DNA of 63,574 nucleotides, the filler included, from Octopus bimaculoides (lineage: Eukaryota): NCBI RefSeq assembly GCF_001194135.2. It is 8 parts of 8 records of this genome, joined end to end, with 100 filler letters (N's around TTAATTAATTAA, not from the genome) between each part and the next. Parts side by side here need not be neighbours in the genome. Positions count along the whole stretch, not along the records: positions 33,610 to 42,072 come from NC_068997.1; positions 42,173 to 56,086 come from NC_068995.1; 6 more parts are not named here. The stretch is one strand, 5' to 3'. This document shows positions 38,793-51,262 of this stretch, piece by piece. Positions within the stretch are counted from its first letter, which is position 1; each line of letters opens with the position of its first letter. Position numbers and translations under genes: made by a program. The notes beneath the pieces are model-generated. The model ran no database searches and had not been told where the DNA came from. It worked only from the letters and a program-made list of their open reading frames with translations.

Positions 38793-39960
38793 AATGTCGA
38801 CGGAAAAGTTCATAGCCTGACTACGATACTCTCATGGAATGTGACCAAATAAGGTTTTTATTTTCAACATAGTCCTCCTTGCGGTCCATACACTTCTTCT
38901 GGCGGTGTTGCAGTGCTTGGATCACATTCTTGACAAAAGTTTCATCTTGTTGGTCAAAAATTCATCAACAGTAGATATGATGTCATTATCACTGCAATAC
39001 TGGTTTCCAACCAATTGTTTTTTCAAGTTGGTGAACAGATGATAGTCAGATGGTGCCAAATCAGGAGAATAAGGACAGCGATCAGCCAGTTCAAAGCCAC
39101 AGTTATGCACAGCGGCCATTGAAACCAAGGACTTGTGTGCTGGAGCATTGTCCTGCTGAATCAAGAACCCTTTCGTCAGTTTTCCTGGGTGTTTGTTCTT
39201 GATAGCCTTTTGTAAATGCCTCAGCAAGTTGGCATAGTACTCTCCATTGATGGTGTGGCCCCTTTGAAGATCAATAAATACAATATCATTTGCATCCCAT
39301 AAAACTGAGGCAATCACCTTCCCGGAAGATGAAACGACCTTAGCCTTCTTTGGAGCTAGTGAGAAGGAGTGTTTGTACTGCATGGATTGTCTCTTTATCT
39401 CTAGCTCAAAGTGATGAACCTTACACTCATCCTGAGTTAGGAAACGTTCAAGGAAACCAGCTGGATCTGCCTCAAACAATGTCATATTTTCAAGTGATGT
39501 GATCAGCCTGGTGCGCTTTTGATCGAGTATCAGAAGATGTGGCACCCACCAAGCAGAAAGCTTCGTTATGCCAAGTTCATTATGCAGAATATTCTCAAAT
39601 CTCTCACGGGATATGCTAATAGGACTGGTTATTTGATTTATAGTCAATTGCCTGTCATCCATCACCATATGGTGAACACGATCAATGTTTTCCTCTGTGG
39701 TCGCAGTTGCAAGACGTCCAGGCCTTAGGTCATCTTCAAAACTCTCCCTTCCGCTCCTAACCTCAGCTGCCCACTTTTACACTTTCAATAAAGCTGGAGC
39801 GTCATCCTCTAATGTAGCAACCATGTCAGCATGAATATCCTTGGGACTTAAACCTTTTTTCTGCGGGTACTTTATAACACCACGATGCCAAATTTTGTCC
39901 ATTTTCAAGAGAAGTCGCTACTAGTTAGATTTTAAGTCTTCTTTGAACAGTTAGATGTCG
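38791..39960 (-). mobile_element. Mariner transposon, same family as 5223-6513; one TIR missing
   Basis: Left TIR gtcgacggaaaagttcatagcctgac. ATG at 39902 (MDKIWHRGVIKY). The 248-aa ORF 38922-39668 carries TQDE, QDNAPAH and YSPDLAPSDYHLF with 34 residues between D2 and D3. N-terminal part is frameshifted. Confidence 0.95.
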
Positions 39961-40962
39961 TTATGGTGAGAGAGAGGGAGAGAGAGAGAGAGAGAGTTTA
40001 CGAAAGTGCTACAAATAGTTTCGTGCTTCAGAGTTACAATAATTTGGCCGATTTATACAACATGCCATGTATCTCAAATCGATCTTTCGGGATCAGTGCA
40101 TTTCGTTAGATGCATTTAGACGCCAGGACGCTGGTCTGTGAGAAAACATGAGAAAAAACTTTCATTTCAGCATCTAAAATAAGTTGCTGAGTAAGTGCTC
40201 AGTTAGAATGAAGAAATGTATTGGATTATTCGGCAATCCAGATTCAAAGAGTCAGAATTTTCCATTTTTGCGCATGGATAGATGGACTGATATCTTGAGC
40301 ATTTAGTGGGATTGTCGTTGCCAAGGTAGCTGGGGTTTTTTTTTTATATTGCTTCAAGCTTCATGACTTGTCCAAATAGTTGTCTAGTGACAGTACTGTG
40401 ATACTTGGTGTACTGAGGTGACAGCAGAAAATGATGTGCTAAGGCAAGAATTATTTCTTACCATTTCTTTTGCCGAATTCAGCATGGTTAAAAGATGTCA
40501 TTTGTAATTTAATGAAACTAATGTCAGTACAAACACAAACTTGTGTCACTAGAGCTAGATACCTAAACAGTAAAAAGTGGGAAAATAATACATATACGCA
40601 CACATATAAACGCGCGCATGTATGTAAAAAAAGGAAATGACAAAGGAATAAATTATTATCTTATGAACTTCATTAGCTTACAGCTGTTTCCGCAACAAGA
40701 TGCAGTTGGACTCATAGTTGAGTGCCTGAGTAACACCTTACAGTTTCATCAGAGCCTCACAGATGAAGTACAATCTATTTGGGAAAATAAATACATCTAA
40801 GAATACATACAGGAAAGCATTACCAATGAGAAAGCATATATGCTGGGGATGAAATCCAGGGCTCCTACCATAACTACGATAAGATAAATTCTATGATGTG
40901 TATACTGATGGGTATACTCGGGTGTAGAGAAAGAGTGAATAAATCTATCTATAAGAGTATAT

Positions 40963-40993
<31 letters not shown>

Positions 40994-41280
40994 NNNNNNN
41001 NNNATATATATATATATATATATATATAGTTTGCTCATCTACTCGAAACTGAGTCAGTCTCGTGATCCTGTCGTCTGCTGGAGGATGGTAGAGGTTCACT
41101 CCCATGATGGCAATATATTTGTACTGAGTGCAGTGCTGCACCGAAAACCAGCTGGTAGAAGATCTGCTAAACTAGTAGTAATGTGGAACAACCACTTTCA
41201 TGTGGCGCTCAACTTTACTTGTTAGTATAGTTACTACCCTCATCTCTTCTTCAGATTTTACAACTAGCTACTTTGATTAT

Positions 41281-41500
41281 TACCTCCGCTTTCTCTAAAG
41301 CGGAGGTATTGTTTTCAGTCGTGTTTGTTTGGTTGGTTGTTTATCTGTCTGTGGACAAGATATCTCAAGAACCGCTGGATGGATTCGGGTTAAACTTTCC
41401 GGAATGTTTGCCCTCGTGACTGGCACGAACTGATTAGATTTTGGGATCGATCCGGTACTGGACAAGGATTCTGGATTATTTTTTATATTTTCTTTATTTT
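41281..41500 (+). mobile_element. Helentron-associated (HINE/DINE-like) element
   Basis: Perfect 12-bp hairpin tacctccgcttt-ctct-aaagcggaggta, then (GTTT/GTCT) microsatellite, aagatatctcaagaaccgctggatggatt and gaactgattagattttgggatcgatccgg, as is typical of HINEs. Confidence 0.6.
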
Positions 41501-41715
41501 ACATGTATATGTAAAGTTTTACATAGTTCTCTTGTACACGCACACACATACACACACACACACACGCAAATATACCTCTCTTTTACACACATATACTCGC
41601 ACTTCAAACGCTATCACCCCTATCACCCTTTCTTTTCTCATTCATACGACACTCTCTTTGCCATTTATCTCCTCTGCTTTCATCTCTCACTCCGGCTCTA
41701 TTATATATATATATA

Positions 41716-41970
41716 CTAGCAGTATAACCCGACCTTGTCCGGGTGTGACTTATTACGCCATCTACGATAAGTCTTGCTAGGTGAAAATCAACTAAAAAAG
41801 AAAGCCTTACAATGAAAAAACCCTTATGATGTAAATATGTTCATAATTCAAAAGACGATGAAATCAATAGGGAAATTCTGAAGGCTGTTTTGCGTAAAAT
41901 GATTAAGCATAACATTATTAAGCGTATGTAAATTTCATCCGTCTAATTGGCTATAGAAATGCTTGTGAAA
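41716..41970 (-). mobile_element. Helitron-like 3' end
   Basis: A|CTAG at 41715-41719 next to the imperfect hairpin cccgaccttgtccggg. Internal aaatttcatcc motif. The 5' boundary is uncertain. Confidence 0.5.
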
Positions 41971-42172
41971 ACAACTTGTTGCGCTGCCCTGATTATACAT
42001 TGCAGGGTAATCTCTTTTCGCAGGAGCTAGGACGGCAATTTCTGATGAAGCAATTGCTGGCGATCTGTTGGTNNNNNNNNNNNNNNNNNNNNNNNNNNNN
42101 NNNNNNNNNNNNNNNNTTAATTAATTAANNNNNNNNNNNNNNNNNNNNNNNNNNNNNNNNNNNNNNNNNNNN

Positions 42173-42633
42173 CATACGCTGGGATATGCCAATACACACA
42201 GATAGAGAAATTAAGGCCAATAGACCAGATATAGTTGTCAAAGATCACAAAGAAAAAAATGCTTTCTAATTGATGTATCAATACCAGCAGATGACAACGT
42301 TTCCCTAAAAGAAATGGAAAAACTTTCAAAATACAAAGACCTGGAAATAGAGGTAACTCGAATGTGGAATCTAAAAACAGAAACAATTCCTATCTTAGTA
42401 GGTGCCTTAGGTATAATAAAAAAATATTCAGGCAAATACATAACAAAAACACCAGAACTTACAAATATATATAACATACAGAAAATTGCACTACTAGGCA
42501 CTGCACACCTCCTACGCAAAACACTTTGAATACAGTAACCATAAGTGCATCACAGCAAACCAGAGCACATACCCAAGGCACACAGAGCTGCGATCGATAG
42601 TGAAGTGAAAGCACGTTATAAAAAAAACTACTG

Positions 42634-42640
<7 letters not shown>
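42173..42640 (+). mobile_element. R4/Dong-type non-LTR retrotransposon 3' end (restriction-like endonuclease plus 3' UTR)
   Basis: WDMPIHTDREIKANRPDIVVKD...LIDVSIP...EMEKLSKYKDLEIEVTRMWNLKTETIPILVGALG is a PD-(D/E)xK RLE domain. It ends in (CAA)n(TAA)n at 42634-42705. Confidence 0.88.
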
Positions 42641-42704
<64 letters not shown>

Positions 42705-42959
42705 TAATAGTCAATATAAAGAGCGCGATGCGATTGCAATAGATATTTTATTGGTTGAACGATCCATAGAAATTCAAAATTTGAACGAGGGCAACCAGCG
42801 TTCCCACGTTGATGGAATTACAACTGACAAAAAGAAAATGAAAGAAAAAGAGAAAAAAAAAGAAAAGAAAAGGAAAAAGAAGGATATTTAATCAAACAGT
42901 TTTGTGCAAATATTATGAAATTCCCCTGTCATCTTATCTATCCCTTCAGGGAGTGATGC

Positions 42960-43350
42960 TAATAACTCAGAAGCATATTTCTCCTAATGCATTTTGAGGA
43001 CTGAAAGTGTAGCAGATGCAGAATATTTTCTGAGAATATGCACTTTCAAGTCTTTTTCAAAATTGCAGCCGTTTGATGTAAAATGTGCGGCAAGATTTGT
43101 CGAACAATTGTTATTGTGCCTGACGTCATATCTGTGTCCATTGAATCTTTTGTTTAATTGTTCTGCTGTACAACCAACATAAATCAAGTTGTCTTTGGTG
43201 CATTCTCTTGCGTACACCAAATGAGAATCTCTACATGTCCCACCTTCCGTGTAAATCATAGCATTTCAGTAATGACGGAATTGACTGATGGAATTGACAT
43301 AACTCATGTTGTTGCACAATGAACAGGGCTGTTTTTCAAGGTACAGCGTG
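42960..43350 (-). mobile_element. Penelope-like GIY-YIG endonuclease remnant (different lineage from 24850-25280)
   Basis: TCRDSHLVYARECTKDNLIYVGCTAEQLNKRFNGHRYDVRH...LAAHF matches the TC.S.N.VY...C...YVG.T...L..RF..HR pattern. Confidence 0.82.
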
Positions 43351-43469
43351 CAGATACTCCATTGTTAGTTTTCTTGGAGTCAGAAGTAGAGGTTAATAGT
43401 TCTCTTATATTTTTATTCCGTTTAAATAATAATAATAATAATGACAATAATAATAACAACAGCAATAAT

Positions 43470-43682
43470 AATTTCAAATTTTGGCACAGGACCAGCAATT
43501 TCGAGAGAGGGGATAAGTCGACTACATCGACCCCAGTCCTCGACTGGTACTTATTTTATCGACCCTGAAAGGAAGAAAGGCAAAATCGACCTCGGCGGAA
43601 TTCGAACTCAGAAAGTAAAGACGGACGAAATGCCGCTGAGTACTTTGCCCGGCGTGCTAATGATTCTGCCAGCTCGCCGCCT
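43470..43682 (-). mobile_element. SINE family B, full length, in an (AAT)n tract
   Basis: Head reverse complement ggcggcgagctggcagaatcattagcacgccgggc, with intact core and tail. Confidence 0.92.
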
Positions 43683-43849
43683 TAATAATGATGATAATAA
43701 AAAGTAAAGGTGACACATAGTCTCTTTGAAAGATGTCAGCTTGTCCAAATTCTCTTCTACCTGCAGTCAGAACACTCATCCTCTTTCTCACACTGCTTTT
43801 GAATAAATAAATTTACTGGCCGGACCACCTCCAGGCATTTCAGAATCAA

Positions 43850-45850
43850 CAAATGTCTGCTTATAGTCAATTATATGTCTGCTTATAGTCAATCCAAGCC
43901 ATTGATAGGCTTGTCACCTTTCCCCGACAATTCTTCAGGATTGCCTTATCTATTAGCAATTGATCTCTTGTTTTTCGTGATCCCTTCCAGTAGCCTTTCT
44001 GTTCATCTGCTATCAGTTCATTTTTTACGAGATGGTCGTACAATATATTTCCCATTGTTCCAGTTAGAAGCTTCAACATCATAGGTAAGCAAGCAATTGG
44101 ACTGGGTCCTTCTGAATCAACATAGTTCTTCCTTTGACCATCCTTTCTGGTACAAATCCTTGGTGTACACAAATTTATAATAGCTTTTGTAGTTTATGAC
44201 GTAAATTCATTAAAACCTTCAACCAAAACCCTGATCTAGGTCCGGGTCAGTTGCTTTCCAATTTCTCATCTTACCTATTCCTGCTTGAATATCTTCTAAC
44301 ATGATGATAATGTCCTGTATCACCATATCTTTGAATTCTTCCACTTCACGGAGCCAGGCTGCTCTGTTGTTTGTGTTTGACATTCTCTGGCCAGATGTTG
44401 CTCCAAAACAAAGTTGCTTCTTTGGGATAGGTAACTGCTTCTTCCTTAACTCTTCCATTCAGTGTCTCGTAGAACAGCTGATTTGTTTTAAACAGTTGAT
44501 TTTGTTTGAATTGTAAGCATCTTTTCCCGTATTTTATTTTCATTTTAACTCCACTCCCTTTGATCTTTTGTTTTAATATAACCCTATATGAATAGAATGC
44601 CCTTTTCCATCAGGTGGTATTTCTTATTAATGTAGTTCTGTTCGGTTTCATTGAGACTCATATTACCACTCCTTATTTCCTCGATGTTATTTAAATCTTT
44701 CCAGCATAAAGCGATGCTTTTTTTTCATTCTCCTTTAACAGAATGGTTCTTTGCTTCTTTTTTCTAATCGTCCCCATCTTTTCTGTGATGACATAAACAG
44801 TAGCATACATCAAAGAATTTAACTCAGTGGTATCCATAACTGAAATTCTCATGACAACTTCATTTGCTTTCCCGATTTCTGATTTTATCTTTACCCTACC
44901 ATATGACTTCAATGATGGTAAACTTTTCCTTTCCTCAAGTAACTTTAATCCCAGAATTATGTGGCTGAGAGTAGCTAGTTCTGGACTCTTTTCTTCTGGT
45001 GATTCTCTAGTTTGAGGTACACTAATATCTTCTATATATTGTAGATTCCCTCCCTCCATGTCACAGATTTGTAGATTCTCCTGTTCTATGTGTATTTCTT
45101 CTGAACCAGTAATCACCTGCGGTTCCTTTTTCACTTCCATTATAATCTTCACTTGTTACATATTCTCTAACTACATTTTGGTTTTATTTTGTCTAATCTG
45201 ATCGGCCAATCTTTGTTCACCCACATCCTTCAGCTCTTCATATAGATATTTTTTCCAGAGCTCTAATAATTTTTTCCTATAGTCTCTTTTCTCTCGCTCA
45301 CTCTTAATATAACATTCAAACAATAATTTGTTGCTCCCCTTTGTTTATTTCAATCTCATTCGCAGTTGAGGGTCAGCAGTATCTTGATTACGACCGGACC
45401 TGCGCTGCTGTTCAACAGAACACCTAGCAGACGCAACACCTTCGATGAAAGATCCTTCATCTTCATTGACGCTGTTAGTGTTACTTTTCATTATCGGCAT
45501 TTCTGTCATAATTGGGGCATGTTTTAAAGTTACCATCAAACAGTAATTATATCGTGTTATTATCACTAGACAGGTTATCACCCAAGACGTCTGAGAGGCT
45601 TGTCTACTCTCATTGAAGCTGATTATCCAGTTCTGGTCGTCACATCTAGTATTTATTCTCGTAGCGAATAAAGACTCATATATTTGGATGGCTGTTGAAT
45701 CTAGTGAGATCATCCACCTTTTAACAAGTTTTGTTTTTCTTCCAACATAATCCCCCCCTCCTTACCAGGCAAGCACTTGGTACGGTTGTCCGGTTTAGTC
45801 GCCGACGGGCCGACCATGAATCAGGTTGTATTGGATTACATGTTACTAAT
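43850..45850 (-). mobile_element. R4/Dong-type LINE, 5' part (5' end, N-terminal region, RT start), degenerate
   Basis: PIACLPMMLKLLTG...EQKGYWKGSRKTRDQLLIDKAILKNC...SMAWIDYK (RT domains 1-2). N-terminal NKLLFECYIKSE. Many frameshifts. A 21-bp tandem duplication lies at the truncation point (43853-43892). Confidence 0.85.
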
Positions 45851-45947
45851 AACACTAAAAGTGACCTGGTATTATTACAGTTATTATTACCAGTAAGGTA
45901 GCTGTAATAATAACCAGCGAGTTGATGTAATAATAACTAGCTAGCAG

Positions 45948-46140
45948 CATCGTTACAGCGCCGGACGATAATGCTTAGCGGTATTTCATTCGTCTTTGCG
46001 TTCTGAGTTCAAATTCCACCGAGGTTAACTTTGCATATTATCCTTTCGGAGTTGATAAAACACATACCAATTGAGCACTGGGGTAATCATCTTAACCCCT
46101 CCCCCAAACTGCTGGCCATGTACCAAAATTTGAAACCATT
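45948..46140 (+). mobile_element. SINE family B
   Basis: catcgttacagcgccggacgataatgcttagcggtatttc...gttctgagttcaaattccaccgagg...gctggccatgtaccaaaatttgaaacc. Confidence 0.88.
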
Positions 46141-46167
46141 ATTACAACTACCAGTACTGTCACTACC

Positions 46168-46405
46168 TATTTCCTATTTCTTTACTGCCCACAAGGGGCT
46201 ACACACAGAGGGGACAAACAAGGACAGACAAACGGATTAAGTCGATTATATCGACCCCAGTGCGTAACTGGTACTTAATTTATCGACCCCGAAAGGATGA
46301 AAGGCAAAGTCGACCTCGGCGGAATTTGAACTCAGAACGCAGTGGCAGACGAAATACCAATAAGCATTTCACCCGACGTGCTAACGTTCCTGCCAGCTCG
46401 CCGCC
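46168..46405 (-). mobile_element. SINE family B variant with alternative tail and 15-bp TSD
   Basis: TSD agtactgtcactacc at 46153-46167 and 46406-46420. Intact GGCGGCGAGCTGGCAG head. Confidence 0.93.
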
Positions 46406-46805
46406 AGTACTGTCACTACCACCAACATTATTACTACCACTAAAACCAATAGTATTCTTATTATCATCACGATTATTATTTCTATTACTTTCATTGTTAT
46501 GATCATCTTCAATACCAACCATTATCATTAACAAAGTTCAATAGGAGGTGGTGCGATGAACTTGGGATTTCAAGATTTACTGTAATAAGATTACCGGCTC
46601 AAAGACTTTCCGTATAGGTGATGGAGCGGGATTGGGTGGGTGCACCGTCAGTAAGCAGGTTTCTAAAATTGAAGAGACAATTGTGTTACTCCTATTAGCA
46701 AATGAAACACGTGTAGTAGTGAATAAATAATACCAAATATTTTTCAAATCTCCTGTTTTGATGCATACATGTATATATACATGTGAGTGTGTGTATGTAC
46801 GTTTA

Positions 46806-46903
<98 letters not shown>

Positions 46904-46948
46904 TATACTTATACATATATATACGCACACATATATATAATTACAGTG

Positions 46949-46990
<42 letters not shown>

Positions 46991-48387
46991 ATATATACAC
47001 CCACACATATATAATTACAGTGTTGGAAGTACATATTAGCCATTCAAAACATACACAAAATGCTAACTTCACTTGAACATTTATTATTTGCTAACACCAA
47101 GTAATAAATATGTAAGCGAAGTTAACTGTTTTTGTGTGTTTTGAATGGCTAACATGTGCCTTCCACTCGGTTAGTGTTTTAGTTTCAACACATTGTTTTA
47201 GATCAAATCACTTGCCAGACAAGTACATCTCCGAAATATATATAATTTTACTGAAATCTATATCTCCATAGATCACTAAAGCCTGATTCGCGTTATCACT
47301 TATATCAGGCGAAGAAAGGAAATGTTGCACTGACTTATATTAATAATGTATCACGAAAAATTAAAGAATAAATAAATACATAATTCATTAGCTCTCATAC
47401 ATTTCCTGTTTACATAAGGGTAAACAGGAAATGTATGAGAGCTAATGAAGCCAAAGATCGATAAACCAACAAATAATCATCTAAATGATAATTACAAGCA
47501 TAGTGTGAGTTTTGATGGCTGTTGTAAATTGCACACCTTGTGCTTTCAAACAATGTTAAAGTTATTATTTATAAACTTGGCAAACAGGAAGAGTCTTAGT
47601 GATAATGGTTATTGCCATACTCTGGCTGGTAATACACTGGCTGCATTATCCAACGAACCATATATTAAAAGCATATACAATCAAATGGATAGAATTGTAG
47701 TGTTTGGTTGGACTTCTAAGTGGTACTGTATTGGGGTTGGGGTTCTAAGAGGTACATGGATGACATTTACTTACACTTAGAAACATACACAATTATGAAA
47801 CGCACACGTGCACAGACATACACACGTGCGCACACACACACGAAAACACACACACACACACATACACGTACATACACATAGATATTTAAACACAGCCTGT
47901 ACAAACACACATATTGTGAGTGAGTGAGAGTGCTTATCCATCTATATGTTTGCGCGAGCCTGCCTATACGCTCATATACGCATACTCAGACATACCTGCA
48001 CATCCACGTTCGCATATAATCATCATTTACGGAGGGCTATGCATTTATAAAATGTAAGCGAATCCACCGTCGTTTTCGATGGTAAGTATTCGAACCCTTC
48101 GATCAACTGACTTGCTTAATTAATATCTTAGTGACTGACTGTTCCACAGACCCTTGTATCTTTAACATAATCCTTAAAAACGATTGCTGTGATTAAATGC
48201 GTAATATAGGTGACACTTTGGATTTAAAGTGCAATCCATGCGACGGATTTCAACACGGTTTCCGTTTGCTCCATTCGCTCACAAGACTTAGATTGACTCT
48301 AAGTAAAAGATAATACGCAAAATAACAAGAGGTCGGCTCGCGAAGCGAGCATTTAACATCTCGGAGATATGTGCACCTACATACATA

Positions 48388-48545
48388 AACATGTGTTTAT
48401 GTGGTAAGGATCTTGCTTCCCAACCACATGTTTTCGAGTTCAGTCTCATTGCGTGGCACTTTGGACAAATGCCTTTTACTTTAACTCCGGAACGACCAAA
48501 GCCTTGTGAGTGAATTTGGCTGACAGATACACGGATACTGAGAGA
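48388..48545 (+). mobile_element. SINE family A, 5' half
   Basis: gtggtaaggatcttgcttcccaaccacatgttttcgagttcagtc...gaccaaagccttgtgagtgaatttgg. Confidence 0.85.
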
Positions 48546-49499
48546 AGCTCATCATGCATATACATACATGCATGCATGCATACATACATACATACTTGTA
48601 TGCATACATACATACATATATACATACATACCTACATACATACAAACATCCCGAAGCGACAAGTCGCATTTTTGGTTTGGAGTCGCATTTTTGGTATCGA
48701 GAATACGATGAATTCTATCTCCAGCTTTGATGTCACAACTACCAGCCCTGTTAAATAGCTGATTTATTCTCATGAATTGACTGATCGTAGTGGTTTTCGA
48801 CCGAAACTTGACTTTACTATGCAGAGAGCTACTACAAATAACATAGCTTAACACGGCAACATCAACAACACATTAAGAACAGAAGGAAAACAACGTCGCA
48901 AAACGTATACTGACTCTTTTTAGCAGTAGTTAGAGAAGAAACTGTAACTATAAAACACATTTTTCTTGAAATTATGAACTCGATAAGGATTTGTATTTTT
49001 TCTTATGAAAGTGCTAAACATATTATATTGAAAGCACACTGAGAGGATCTTCATCTACAGTTAAATTATTTTACTGTCAAACAATTACGCCAATAAGCAA
49101 CATTTATTGAAAATAAGAATGTAACTTTATTCAAAACAAAGGTGAAATTAGTTTTCTTTGAAATATCAATAGTATGAATAAAAGTGCGAACGATATTAAA
49201 AGACCACATGATTTCAAAGTTAGCGATATTCCAATGGATGCCACGAGGCCTACAAACCAGACTACAGGTGACAATTCTTTAATATCAGTAGTAGATATAG
49301 GACTCTGTATGCGCGCGCGCGCGTATGTGGGTCTGTGTGCGTGTATGTAGGCTAAGGCAACTGACCACTGTTCCACAACCACTATGATAAATAGCAGGCA
49401 CAAGAAAAAATATTTTTGGCTTTGAAATACTCTCCCGAACAGAGAAGTGATTTCTACCAAAGTAATTAAAAGACCAACAGAGACGGTGAGCTAATAATG

Positions 49500-50485
49500 A
49501 AACCAAAGAGGAGTATTTACAGCAACGTAAATACCAAGATTAATACCTGTTTGTATGACCTGTTTACAACTGAAAAGCAACACATGAACAACTTTAAAAA
49601 CGTAAACAAAACCGAAACGACGAAAAATAAATGCCAGCAAGAGTTCTGAAGACAGAGAAAAAGATATCTGATTTACGGAAGACTATCATCCATATAATGA
49701 TGCTTGTTACCTGCAAACAATTCTCATTAATTCTCACCAACAAAAAGTGAAGAAGGAGATACATATGATGTTTGGAAATTGCAAAAACAGAACACTCCAT
49801 TGTAAACTGATCACTCTCAAACAGCAGCTGTCATTCAGAAAATCCGACATCGGAGGAGAGTAACCAAAAGAAAAAAACAAAACAAAAAAAAAACTAAAAA
49901 CTTAACTGCAACCAAGTAGCAGTGTACACAGACATGAAAGGAGAAGCGGTAAATATCACAGAAAGGAGAAGACTCTGAAGCAAAGAGGAGGAATTTAACC
50001 GAGATGCTCTGTGGCTGGAAAAATTTCTAAGTAATTATTGTCCCTGCATTTTGCTCTAGACATACTGCATCGATGGTGATACACTTGTGACTTCAATTCA
50101 AAAACTTTAGGATGAAAAAGCACCAGCTTGATTGTTGGGTACTTGATTGTTGATTGTTGGGTACTGGTACAAGAAGTTTATCAACCTCTACCAGTATCTT
50201 ATCAACCTCTACCAGTATCTTATCAACCTCTACCAGTATCTTATCAACCTCTACCAGTATCTTATCAACCTGTACCAACAAGCTCTCACTCAAATAGTAT
50301 TCCTTCAACAACATTTTGAAAGTAATAACGTCATCATAATAGAAAAAGCAGCTGAGAAGGAGGGTATATTTGGGGATGTACTGAATAATTATTGATAAAG
50401 AAAACTATAATGTCAGAGGTGAGGCAGCATAGGATAAACCTGGTTTCAATGTATCCCGACTACAAGAAGGCCTTTGATGCTACAT
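49500..50485 (+). mobile_element. Degenerate R4/Dong-type LINE fragment (RT start)
   Basis: NRDALWLEKF...KAP..LIVGYWYKKF...NLVSMYPDYKKAFDA resembles KAPG.D.I...W.K and ..W.DYKKAFDS motifs. Confidence 0.65.
50178..50277 (+). repeat. 21-bp minisatellite (ttatcaacctctaccagtatc) x about 4.8
   Basis: Four exact copies plus one partial copy. Confidence 0.97.
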
Positions 50486-50587
50486 ATGTGTGTGTGTGTA
50501 AATATTATATTTTTTTATAATTATAAAATGTAAATTATAATAACTGAAAATCAACTTCAAAATACTCTGTACGTGTAGAGACAGAAA

Positions 50588-50643
<56 letters not shown>

Positions 50644-51262
50644 ATGATTAATTAAAAGGTTAGTGAAACTGAAGTTTTACCGATCGTTAGGACCGTTAAC
50701 TCACGTCAAGCTCTCTTCTTGTATTATTTATATAGCGATGTCTTTCTATACATAAATGGGTTTAGTATGACATTTTTACTATTGAAAAAATTGCTGAATA
50801 AAAAATCTGGTGTACGCATTTGAATAAGTAAAATGATCACCTATGTATCATAATGTATATGCACCATTGAGAAGCAAGATACTGCGGAGGGAGATGAAAA
50901 ATTGTCCCGGCAGCATTTAGCAAGGATGCCAGATCCATTTCGGCTTTACTAGGACCTGGTAATAACGTGTACTCACAATCATATGCCTTAACGAAATTTG
51001 CCGCCTCCGATGTATACAAAACTGAATAGTATATTCACTGATAATGCGAATAGTCGCTGAGCTACCATAAGTGTTGCAATTTATTTGCATCGTAGCACAT
51101 AAACTGATGATATACAGAAGTGAAAATATGAAGAACGAAGAACAGAATTTCACATGGAAAAATATTAAGCAAGTGTTTCAGATGTCAAAATCAACATTAA
51201 CGAAAGAGATTTAAGAATTCATTTAGGAGAATGAGAAGTTACTGAAAAACATGAATAAATAA

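Noticed and set aside
45745-45840. HDV-like ribozyme (7-bp P1 with G-U: GTAATCC/GGATTAT)
   Set aside because: There is no L3 CC / GG P1.1 and no mappable P2/P4. It is kept only as an unclassified structured motif.
47445-47780. 111-aa plus-strand ORF
   Set aside because: No motif recognised, and the splice phases do not fit the signal-peptide exon.
49173-49267. Possible exon with N-glycosylation sequons (NKS, NQT)
   Set aside because: Weak GTGACA donor, phase-2 start, and no independent support.
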